Assembly: GCA_039589995.1 (NCBI GenBank)
Contig: JBDHGH010000002.1
Coordinates: forward strand, 1,014-65,013
From: Gemmatimonadota bacterium
Lineage (GTDB): Bacteria; Gemmatimonadota; Gemmatimonadetes; Palauibacterales; KS3-K002
DNA: 64,000 bases
Reading direction: 5' to 3'
The notes beneath the pieces were generated by a model. The model did no database searches. It had not been told where the DNA came from and saw nothing but the letters and a program-made list of their open reading frames with translations. Numbering within the stretch: position 1 is the first letter of the stretch; each line of letters opens with the position of its first letter. Both the position numbers and the translations under genes were made by a program. Below are positions 25,390 to 33,100 of this stretch, in pieces.

Positions 25390-26847
25390 ATGAGAAGAAT
25401 CTCCATTATTGTACCTACACCCTTGACGCAGTACACCGAGGGCCTGGACACCGTCGAGGTGGACGCTGACACCGTGGACCAGGCGCTCGATGCACTGACG
25501 AACCGTCACTCGGCGCTTAGGCGGCACTTGTACTCAGAAGACGGACACTTGCGGAGTTTCGTCAACATCTACCTAAATGAAGAGGATATCCGCTACCTTG
25601 AAGGTGGAGAGCGCGCCGGCTTGGAAAGCGGGGACGAGATCCGGATCGTCCCTTCCATCGCCGGTGGCAGAGTAGCGACCTTGGAAAAGGACCCAATGGA
25701 GCTCAGCCAGAACGAAGTCCGGCGTTATGCCCGCCATATCATCATGCCCGAGGTGGGGCTCGAAGGCCAGAAAAAGCTCAAGCAGGCCAGAGTTCTGCTG
25801 ATCGGGGCCGGCGGACTGGGCTCGCCATCGTCCCTCTACCTGGCCGCCGCCGGCGTTGGCACTATCGGCCTGGTCGATTTCGATGTGGTGGACGCCAGTA
25901 ATCTGCAGCGCCAGATCATTCACGGCACGCGCGACGTCGGTCGTGCCAAGTTGGACTCTGCCCGCGAGCGTTTGCTCGATGTGAATCCGGAGATAGCAGT
26001 GGAAACCCACGAGGTCCGCCTGCAATCGGACAACGCGCTCGATATACTCGAAGGCTATGACATCGTCGTCGACGGGACGGACAACTTTCCGACGCGTTAC
26101 TTGGTCAACGACGCCTGCGTTCTGCTGGGGAAGCCTAACGTCTACGGATCTATCTTCCGATTCGAAGGACAGGCATCGGTGTTCTACGCCAAGGAAGGCC
26201 CGTGCTATCGCTGCCTCTTCCGCGAACCACCACCTCCCGGGCTCGTACCGTCCTGCGCCGAAGGCGGAGTGCTCGGCGTCCTGCCCGGAATAGTCGGCGC
26301 CCTTCAGGCCAACGAGACCATCAAACTCATTATCGGCGAAGGCGAGCCGCTGATCGGACGGCTGCTCCTCTTCGACGCCCTAGGGATGAGATTTCGGGAG
26401 CTGCGGCTTCGAAAAGACCCGGAGTGCCCGATCTGCGGCGAGAACCCCACCGTCAGTCAGCTAATCGACTACGACGAGTTTTGCGGCGTCACTCAAGCTC
26501 AGCAGGAGCGTCAGGCGGCCCTGAGCCAGGTGCCAGCCATCACGGCCACCGAGTTGAAGGCGCGGCTCGACGCCGGTGCTGCGGTCCGAGTCATCGACGT
26601 ACGAGAGCCGCACGAGTGGAACATCTGCAACCTCGAAGTAGCCGAACTGGTACCGATCGGCTCGTTTCCGGGTCAGTTGAACAGCCTGGGCAACGCGGAG
26701 GAGGTTGTGGTGATCTGCCGGACCGGCCGTCGAAGCGCACACGCGGTTCGGCTGCTGCAGGAGATCGGTTTTCGCAAGGTCTACAATTTGACCGGCGGGC
26801 TTCATGCCTGGTCCGACGAAGTAGATCCTTCTATGCCCAAGTACTGA
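25390..26847 (+). CDS. tri-domain fusion: CysO/ThiS/MoaD-like sulfur carrier (ends ..AGG) plus MoeZ/ThiF-type adenylyltransferase plus rhodanese
   Basis: The ATG at 25390 lies after the JAMM gene stop. Residues 1-93 end IVPSIAGG. Next come RYARHIIMPEVGLEGQKKLKQARVLLIGAGGLGSP...NLQRQIIHG...CYRC...SCAEGGVLG...CPICG (E1-like), then a rhodanese domain with active-site ICRTGRRS. Confidence 0.85.
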   Translation: MRRISIIVPTPLTQYTEGLDTVEVDADTVDQALDALTNRHSALRRHLYSEDGHLRSFVNIYLNEEDIRYLEGGERAGLESGDEIRIVPSIAGGRVATLEKDPMELSQNEVRRYARHIIMPEVGLEGQKKLKQARVLLIGAGGLGSPSSLYLAAAGVGTIGLVDFDVVDASNLQRQIIHGTRDVGRAKLDSARERLLDVNPEIAVETHEVRLQSDNALDILEGYDIVVDGTDNFPTRYLVNDACVLLGKPNVYGSIFRFEGQASVFYAKEGPCYRCLFREPPPPGLVPSCAEGGVLGVLPGIVGALQANETIKLIIGEGEPLIGRLLLFDALGMRFRELRLRKDPECPICGENPTVSQLIDYDEFCGVTQAQQERQAALSQVPAITATELKARLDAGAAVRVIDVREPHEWNICNLEVAELVPIGSFPGQLNSLGNAEEVVVICRTGRRSAHAVRLLQEIGFRKVYNLTGGLHAWSDEVDPSMPKY

Positions 26848-26874
26848 TGCTGTTCTACCCACTCACACAACAGC

Positions 26875-27666
26875 ATGACGCACCCCTATTTCAACCCTGA
26901 GCCGATGGTCTTGGCACACAGGGGTGCCTCCGCCTACGCGCCCGACCACACGCTCGACGCCATGCGCGTCGCCGTCGAACAGGGCGCCGACGCGATCGAG
27001 GCCGATGTGCATCTGACGCGTGACGGCCACGTCGTGTTCCACCACGGTGGTGATCTGTCCGAGAACACCGACGGGCGCGGGCCGTTGAAGCAGTTCACCC
27101 TGGACGAAGTCCGCAACTTCGATGCGGGATTCCAGTGGTCGGCCGACGACGGCGCCACTTTCCCGTTTCGGGGGCAAGGGCAGCGAGTCACCACGCTTCG
27201 AGAAGCGCTCGAGACCTTTCCGGACGTTCGCTTCAACCTCGACATCAAGGAGCGACGTGCCGCCCGTGCTACGCGCCGTTTGATCGACGAGTACGATGCC
27301 AGCGATCGCGTGCTTCTCGCCGCCTTCCACTCGTGGCAGCGAGCCCCCGCGCTACGGGACTACTCAGGCCCCCGCAGTATTACGACCGAGCAGATGGCTG
27401 CCTTCCTGCTCCTTCACTGGTTGAGACTGGACGGCCTGTGGGGGGTGGAGATCGATGCTCTGCAGCTCCCCGAAAGCTACTGGGGCCTTAGGGTGCTGAC
27501 ACCTCGATTGGTCGAACGAGCACATGCGCAGGGTATGCGCGTGCATGTCTGGACCGTGGATAGCGAGGCGGACATGGACCGGTTGCTCGATTGGGGTGTC
27601 GACGGCATCATCACCAAGAAGCCCGACCTGGCCGTGAAGGCCAGGACCCGACACCTTGGTGACTAG
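26875..27666 (+). CDS. glycerophosphodiester phosphodiesterase family protein
   Basis: VLAHRGASAYAPDHTLDAM...GADAIEADVHLTRDGHVVFHH...VHVWTVD, the GDPD signature. Confidence 0.9.
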   Translation: MTHPYFNPEPMVLAHRGASAYAPDHTLDAMRVAVEQGADAIEADVHLTRDGHVVFHHGGDLSENTDGRGPLKQFTLDEVRNFDAGFQWSADDGATFPFRGQGQRVTTLREALETFPDVRFNLDIKERRAARATRRLIDEYDASDRVLLAAFHSWQRAPALRDYSGPRSITTEQMAAFLLLHWLRLDGLWGVEIDALQLPESYWGLRVLTPRLVERAHAQGMRVHVWTVDSEADMDRLLDWGVDGIITKKPDLAVKARTRHLGD

Positions 27667-27702
27667 TCGAAGCCGAGCGCTTGCTCCGAAAACCCTGACT
27701 CG

Positions 27703-28905
27703 ATGAGAACCGTCTCGAAAACGGTGCACAAAAGCACTGCACGTCTCATGCAAGCGGCCGCCATACCCATCCTGGTGACCCTCATGGCTACAGATTCGAT
27801 GGCCCAGAACGAACGGCCGCGCGCTCGAGATATCGGCGTGGCACCCGGGATCTTCCGGCCCGGGACTCACAACGCAATCACAGATGTCGCGGGTGTCCGA
27901 GTCGGCCACACCACGGTCTGGGAGGGCGACTCCATTCGAACCGGCGTCACCGTCATTCTGCCGCACGCCGGCAACCTGTATAGAGAGCGCGTGCCCGGGG
28001 CCGTCTACATCGGCAACGCCTTTGGCAAGTTGATTGGCTCGACGCAGATACAAGAGCTGGGCGAACTGGAAACGCCGATCGCCTTGACCTGCACGCTCTG
28101 CGTCTGGCAAGTCGCCGATGCCATGGTGGATTACCTGCTCGGTCAGCCCGGAATGGAGAACGTCCGCTCGATCAATCCGGTGGTCGGCGAAACCAACGAC
28201 GGATCGCTGAACGACATCCGCGCCCGGCCCATCCGCCCGGAGCACGTCATCAAGGCTCTACAGTCCGCCGAGTCGGGGCCGGTAACAGAAGGCGCGGTCG
28301 GCGCAGGAACGGGAACGCGCGCGTTCGGCTGGAAGGGCGGCATCGGAACGAGCTCTCGTGTCTTGTCGAAGGAGCTGGGCGGCTGGTCGGTGGGGGTGCT
28401 GGTCCAATCCAATTTCGGCGGCACGCTGCAGGTTCTGGGAGCGCCGGTTGGCATCGAGCTTGGCCGGTACATTTATCGCGACATCGTGGACCCCGGCGGG
28501 TCCGGTGAAGCCGAAGATTCTGGTGACGGGTCGATCATGATCGTGGTCGCTACGGACGCGCCCCTTTCCCATCGCAACCTCGAGCGGTTGGCTGCCCGTG
28601 CCATCCTGGGGCTGTCTCGCACCGGTTCTCCCGGGACCAATGGGAGCGGCGACTTCGTGATAGCCTTCTCCACCGCCGAGTCGGTCCGCCGCTTCGCAGG
28701 TTCGAGAGAACCACACACGGTGGACGATCTGCCGAACGAAGGCATGTCGCCACTGTTCCAAGCTGCCGTGGAAGCAACCGAGGAAGCGATCCTCAACTCC
28801 CTGTTCAAGGCGGTCACCGTAAGCGGTCACCGCGGCACGGCGGAGGCGTTGCCTATCGAGGAAACGCTCGAGATTCTAGCCAAGTACGGAGTGGTGAGGA
28901 GGTGA
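27703..28905 (+). CDS. DmpA/S58 (P1) family aminopeptidase, secreted
   Basis: Signal-like N-terminus, then NAITDVAGVRVGHTT...TGVTVILP...VVGETNDGSLND...GAVGAGTGTRAFGWKGGIGTSS. Confidence 0.85.
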   Translation: MRTVSKTVHKSTARLMQAAAIPILVTLMATDSMAQNERPRARDIGVAPGIFRPGTHNAITDVAGVRVGHTTVWEGDSIRTGVTVILPHAGNLYRERVPGAVYIGNAFGKLIGSTQIQELGELETPIALTCTLCVWQVADAMVDYLLGQPGMENVRSINPVVGETNDGSLNDIRARPIRPEHVIKALQSAESGPVTEGAVGAGTGTRAFGWKGGIGTSSRVLSKELGGWSVGVLVQSNFGGTLQVLGAPVGIELGRYIYRDIVDPGGSGEAEDSGDGSIMIVVATDAPLSHRNLERLAARAILGLSRTGSPGTNGSGDFVIAFSTAESVRRFAGSREPHTVDDLPNEGMSPLFQAAVEATEEAILNSLFKAVTVSGHRGTAEALPIEETLEILAKYGVVRR

Positions 28906-29177
28906 ACATGCCCGAGACACCCGGAGATGTGCCGGCAGCCGGCGATCGCCGACGCAACCACGAGCTGAGAGAGCGGCTGGACGAGATCGTCCTGCTATCT
29001 AGGAAGCTCAGCAAGGACGGTTCCTCGATGGTGCGCGACGAGCTCGACGCGACTCGTTCGCGTATCGAGTGGCTCGCGGAAGAAATTTGGTCAGCGGCGG
29101 TCTATGGACCGCTGGAGGAACGCACTCGCGACGACGCTCCCGAGCCCGGCGAGTACGCTACCGAAGAGGAAGACTAG
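28902..29177 (+). CDS. hypothetical acidic small protein
   Basis: 91-aa ORF. GAGGAGG lies just upstream of the ATG at 28908, and a GTG at 28902 overlaps the preceding stop. Predicted helical and charged. No domain recognised. Confidence 0.5.
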   Translation: MNMPETPGDVPAAGDRRRNHELRERLDEIVLLSRKLSKDGSSMVRDELDATRSRIEWLAEEIWSAAVYGPLEERTRDDAPEPGEYATEEED

Positions 29178-29187
29178 AAAGGTCGAA

Positions 29188-30147
29188 TTAGACACCGACC
29201 GCAGGGCGCGAAGCGCTCGTGACCAAAGCGTCGCGCACGGCCTTGCAGATCTCTATTCCCGAGAGCGTTTGAGCCTCATGCGTGGCCGCTCCCAGGTGAG
29301 CGATCGCGATCACGTTGTCGAGGCGCAGCAGCGTGTTGTCGGCCGCGATCGGCTCCTCTTGGAACACATCGAGCGCCGCACCCGCCAACTTCCCACTCCG
29401 CAGACTCTCTTCCAAAGCTGCCTCGTCAACGATGCCGCCGCGAGCCGCGTTGATCAGGTAGGCTGTGGGCTTCATCATCGCTAGCTCGTCGGACCCGACC
29501 AGCCCGCGCGTTTCTGCGGTCATAGGAGCGTGAATCGACACCAGGTCGGCAGCCCGAAAAAGCTCATCCAGCGGAACCAGCTCGGCCCCGATGTCGCGAG
29601 CGCGTTGTTCAGACAGATACGGATCGTGAATGATCACCCGCATCCCGAACGCCAATCCTCTCTTGGCGACCTCGGCGCCGATCCGACCCGCGCCGATCAG
29701 GCCCAGCGTCTTCCCGTTGAGCTCGATGCCCTTGAAACGGTCTCGCTCCCACTCCCCGCGCTTGAGGGACGCTGCAGCTTGAGGAACGTGTCGCACCAAC
29801 GACAGCATGAGCGCCATCGTCAGTTCCGCTGCGGAAACGACGTTGCCACCGGGAGCGTTGAGCACCGTAATGCCACGCTTCTCCGCCGCAACAACATCGA
29901 TGTTGTCGACCCCGACACCTGCGCGTCCTACGACTCTCAGGCGTTGACCAGCCTCGAGGATGCGCGCCGTGACCCGAGTCCGGCTGCGCACGATCAGCGC
30001 ATCGTACTCGCCGACGACCGCTTCGAGTTCGCCGGCATCGATCCCCGCCCTGTCGTCGACCTGTATCCCCGCCGCATCCTCCAACACCCGGACACCCTCG
30101 GGCGCGATCTGATCCGCCAGCAGAACACGAAAGCTGTGATCTGTCAC
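29188..30147 (-). CDS. serA: D-3-phosphoglycerate dehydrogenase-like 2-hydroxyacid dehydrogenase (short form, no ACT domain)
   Basis: RVVGRAGVGVDNIDV, NAD motif GLIGAGRIGAEVA, INAARGGIVDE, and a C-terminal His region. Confidence 0.8.
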   Translation of the reverse strand: MTDHSFRVLLADQIAPEGVRVLEDAAGIQVDDRAGIDAGELEAVVGEYDALIVRSRTRVTARILEAGQRLRVVGRAGVGVDNIDVVAAEKRGITVLNAPGGNVVSAAELTMALMLSLVRHVPQAAASLKRGEWERDRFKGIELNGKTLGLIGAGRIGAEVAKRGLAFGMRVIIHDPYLSEQRARDIGAELVPLDELFRAADLVSIHAPMTAETRGLVGSDELAMMKPTAYLINAARGGIVDEAALEESLRSGKLAGAALDVFQEEPIAADNTLLRLDNVIAIAHLGAATHEAQTLSGIEICKAVRDALVTSASRPAVGV

Positions 30148-31259
30148 GACTGACTGACCTCCTGTGCGCTGACTAACACCGAAGCTAAAACCTCGAGAAG
30201 AGCCTCGAGTTCCCCCATAGTATGATCACCCATGTGGCCGATGCGGAAGGTCCGCTCCTTGAGCTTCCCGTATCCGGAAGCGATGGTATAACCGTGCTCT
30301 TTCATGCCGCGCGCTACTTCGACACCGTTCAACCCGTCTGGCAAGACAACGCATGTGACCGACGCCGATCGCCGCCCCGCTTCCGCAAGGACTTCGACCT
30401 CGATGCCGTGCCGTGCTCGCATTTCGTCGACCCAGCGCCAGGTGCGTTCCGCCATGCTCTGATGTCGAGCCCACCGAGCGTCTAGACCCTCGATCTCGAT
30501 CTCCTGAAGTTGCACGTCCAGTGCATACAGGAGCGAGACGGCCGGCGTGTTCGACGTTTGGCTCCCCGCGACAGCCGCCTCGAACGCCTCGAAGTCGAAG
30601 TAGAGTCCCCGACCCTTCGTCCTCAACGCGCGGTCGTATGCGCGCTGCGACGCCACTCCGAACGCCAGGCCCGGCGGCAGCGCCAACCCCTTCTGCGAGC
30701 CAGCCAGGGCAAAGTCGAGCCCCCACTCGTCGACCTCGACCGGTACGGCCGCAAGAGAAGTCACACAGTCCACCAGCACTTGCGTGCCAGGAGAGGCCTC
30801 ACGGACGGCCGCGACGATCTGTTCTACGGGGTTCACGACCCCGGTCGAAGTCTCGGAATGAACCACCGTAACCGCATCATAGCTGTGCGTCGCGACTGCA
30901 TCCGCCACCTCGTCCGGCTCGTTGGATTTCCCGAGCTCGACATCGAGGCGGTCGGCTTCCTTTCCACAGGACACCGCGATCTTGTGGAATCGCTCGCTGA
31001 AGGCGCCGCATACGAGCGATAGCACTCGGTCCGGAACACAGTTACGGACGGCGGCTTCCATCAGCCCGGTGGCCGACGAAGTCGATACGTAGACCGGACG
31101 CTGTGTGCGAAAAAGCCAGCGGAGTCGCGGCGCGATCCGCTGCATGAGCTCTTCCATCTCCTCGCCGCGATGCGCGATGACCGGACGCACCATCGCGTCG
31201 AGGACCTCGGGCCTGACTTCTGTCGGGCCCGGGAGAAAGTACTTGCCGAAATCGACCAA
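30144..31259 (-). CDS. class V aminotransferase (serine-glyoxylate / phosphoserine aminotransferase type)
   Basis: FLPGPTEVRPEVL...HRGEE...VVHSETSTGV...GSQKGLALPPGL...FRIGHMG. It overlaps serA-like by 4 nt. Confidence 0.85.
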   Translation of the reverse strand: MVDFGKYFLPGPTEVRPEVLDAMVRPVIAHRGEEMEELMQRIAPRLRWLFRTQRPVYVSTSSATGLMEAAVRNCVPDRVLSLVCGAFSERFHKIAVSCGKEADRLDVELGKSNEPDEVADAVATHSYDAVTVVHSETSTGVVNPVEQIVAAVREASPGTQVLVDCVTSLAAVPVEVDEWGLDFALAGSQKGLALPPGLAFGVASQRAYDRALRTKGRGLYFDFEAFEAAVAGSQTSNTPAVSLLYALDVQLQEIEIEGLDARWARHQSMAERTWRWVDEMRARHGIEVEVLAEAGRRSASVTCVVLPDGLNGVEVARGMKEHGYTIASGYGKLKERTFRIGHMGDHTMGELEALLEVLASVLVSAQEVSQS

Positions 31260-31381
31260 GGGTGTGGTGTGAATATCCTAGAGTATTGGGGTGAAACGCC
31301 TGAATTCGCCCTTCCCCGCCAACAGGGCTACGGGTAGATTATCGCGCGTTCCTCTAACAACGCAACTCCGGCGCTGTAGGC

Positions 31382-32143
31382 GTGACTACAATGAACAAGA
31401 AACAGGCAAAGAAACCAGCCACCAAGCCGATCCCCTGCCCCAGCTGCGGAGCGCCGAGCCAGGCCGACGACCGCTTCTGCAGTAAGTGCGGAACGGCACT
31501 GTCCCCCGATGCCAAAGCAAACGGCGGGTTGCGTGGGCTGATAGGGCTACGCGCCCTCGGCTTGGCGATCATCGTCCTCGCGGTTTCCTACGCCGCTCTG
31601 AACTACGGCAAAGGCGGGGATTCGAGCTCCAATTCGGTCCCGACACAGAGGATCGGCTTTGGAGACATAGGGTCTGGAACTGCGCCAGCGGCCGCAACTG
31701 AGAGCATGACGCCGCGGCAGGCCGCAGACGCGCTCTTCGACCGGGCTATGTACGCTCACGAGACCGGCGACGCGGCTACTGCCTTACAGTTCGTTCCCAT
31801 GGCGATCCAAGCGTACGAAGGTTTGCCGATCCTCGACCCCGATGCCCGCTACCATCTGGCGCTCCTGCAATTGGCAGGCAATCAACCGGAAGCCGCGTTG
31901 GAGGAAACCGAGATCCTGTTGACCGATGTTCCCAATCACCTTCTCGGCTTGAGTGCAACGGCCCGCGCCTACGAGCAAATGGGCCGTGAAGACATGGCGG
32001 TGGAATACTACCAGCGGTTCCTCGACAATCACACACCTGACGTAGCGACGTCCAGGCAGGAGTACATTGCGCACGCCAATGCTCTGGCAGCCCGACTGAC
32101 CGCGGCGCGCGCGTACCTGGCTGAGCACGGCGGTGCCCGGTAG
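31382..32143 (+). CDS. zinc-ribbon / single-TM / TPR-like protein
   Basis: N-terminal CPSCG...CSKCG zinc ribbon, a TM helix LGLAIIVLAVSYAAL, and a helical repeat C-terminus. Confidence 0.6.
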   Translation: MTTMNKKQAKKPATKPIPCPSCGAPSQADDRFCSKCGTALSPDAKANGGLRGLIGLRALGLAIIVLAVSYAALNYGKGGDSSSNSVPTQRIGFGDIGSGTAPAAATESMTPRQAADALFDRAMYAHETGDAATALQFVPMAIQAYEGLPILDPDARYHLALLQLAGNQPEAALEETEILLTDVPNHLLGLSATARAYEQMGREDMAVEYYQRFLDNHTPDVATSRQEYIAHANALAARLTAARAYLAEHGGAR

Positions 32144-32188
32144 ACTCTGGACGGAATGAAGCCAAAGCAGAAGACACGCGAGGATAAA

Positions 32189-32623
32189 ATGAACTCTCAT
32201 ACGGCGTACAAGAGTTTCCAGACCCAGAAGCCTCAAGAGATCATTCACATCACTGCCTGGGTACAGGACGAACTGAAGGAGAGCGGAATCAGAGAAGGCT
32301 TCTGTCTTGTCAGCGCCATGCACATTACAGCATCCGTGTTTGTCAACGACAACGAACCCGGCCTGCATCAGGACATCCTGGATTGGCTGGAAGGCGACCT
32401 TGCTCCCTGGAAGAGCCATCCGGGACGCGGTGACGACTATCTGCACAACAGGACCGGCGAAGATAACGGCGCCGCGCACCTTCGTAACTTGACCATGGGC
32501 CACGAAGTCATCATTCCGGTGACCGCCGGCGACCTTGACCTCGGCCCTTGGCAGAGAGTGTTCTACGGAGAGTGGGACGGACGACGTCCCAAACGCGTGG
32601 TCGTGAAGATCATCGGCGAGTAG
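32189..32623 (+). CDS. YjbQ/UPF0047 family (secondary thiamine-phosphate synthase) protein
   Basis: The ATG at 32189 has GAGGA upstream. [16 protein letters not shown]...[22 protein letters not shown] is typical YjbQ. Confidence 0.9.
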   Translation: MNSHTAYKSFQTQKPQEIIHITAWVQDELKESGIREGFCLVSAMHITASVFVNDNEPGLHQDILDWLEGDLAPWKSHPGRGDDYLHNRTGEDNGAAHLRNLTMGHEVIIPVTAGDLDLGPWQRVFYGEWDGRRPKRVVVKIIGE

Positions 32624-32696
32624 TCCACATCAAATCGCGTGATTCGGGCTGTACGGCCTGTCGCATTAGCCGTACCCGCCCTACATTCACGACAAC

Positions 32697-32939
32697 ATGA
32701 TTAGAGATCGCATCAACGTGAGTGCCGTCATGCTGCGCGACTGGCTTTACCCCGAGCGAATCGCTCCGGGCCATCGCGTTCGATGCCAGCTTCCAGGCTG
32801 CCACGCCGTCCTGGGTCGCAGCGGCCACCACCTGCGGTTTCGTTCACTCCGCAGAAACGACGCCGCGTTGCCGCCCGAATGGGTCGGCTGGCATTGTAAC
32901 CGCTGCGGTCATCTGAACGTCTACTGTCCGGCCAGCTAG
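32697..32939 (+). CDS. possible small Cys-pair (CX4C...CX2C) protein
   Basis: 80-aa ORF in an otherwise gene-free 470-nt gap. Cys pairs are CQLPGC and CNRCGH. The composition is Arg-rich and there is no obvious RBS, so support is weak. Confidence 0.25.
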   Translation: MIRDRINVSAVMLRDWLYPERIAPGHRVRCQLPGCHAVLGRSGHHLRFRSLRRNDAALPPEWVGWHCNRCGHLNVYCPAS

Positions 32940-33100
32940 CCGAGGCCGGCACGACTCGAACCCCCTGCAGCGATGTCGGGCGAGCGAACCCGATCACTCG
33001 GTTCCTCGGTGCAGTTCGCCACTTAGCATTCGTGCACAGCGATAGACAGCCGAGCCATAGCATGCGTGTACCATCCAATCTTCAGGCCTCGACGCAGCCA

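Noticed and set aside
24893-26847. The JAMM protease plus E1-like enzyme as a CBASS type II (Cap2/Cap3) or Bil-type ubiquitin-like antiphage conjugation system.
   Set aside because: There is no CD-NTase, effector or E2 domain. The E1 carries a rhodanese domain and sits with a CysM cysteine synthase, which fits a sulfur-transfer (CysO/MoeZ) pathway instead.
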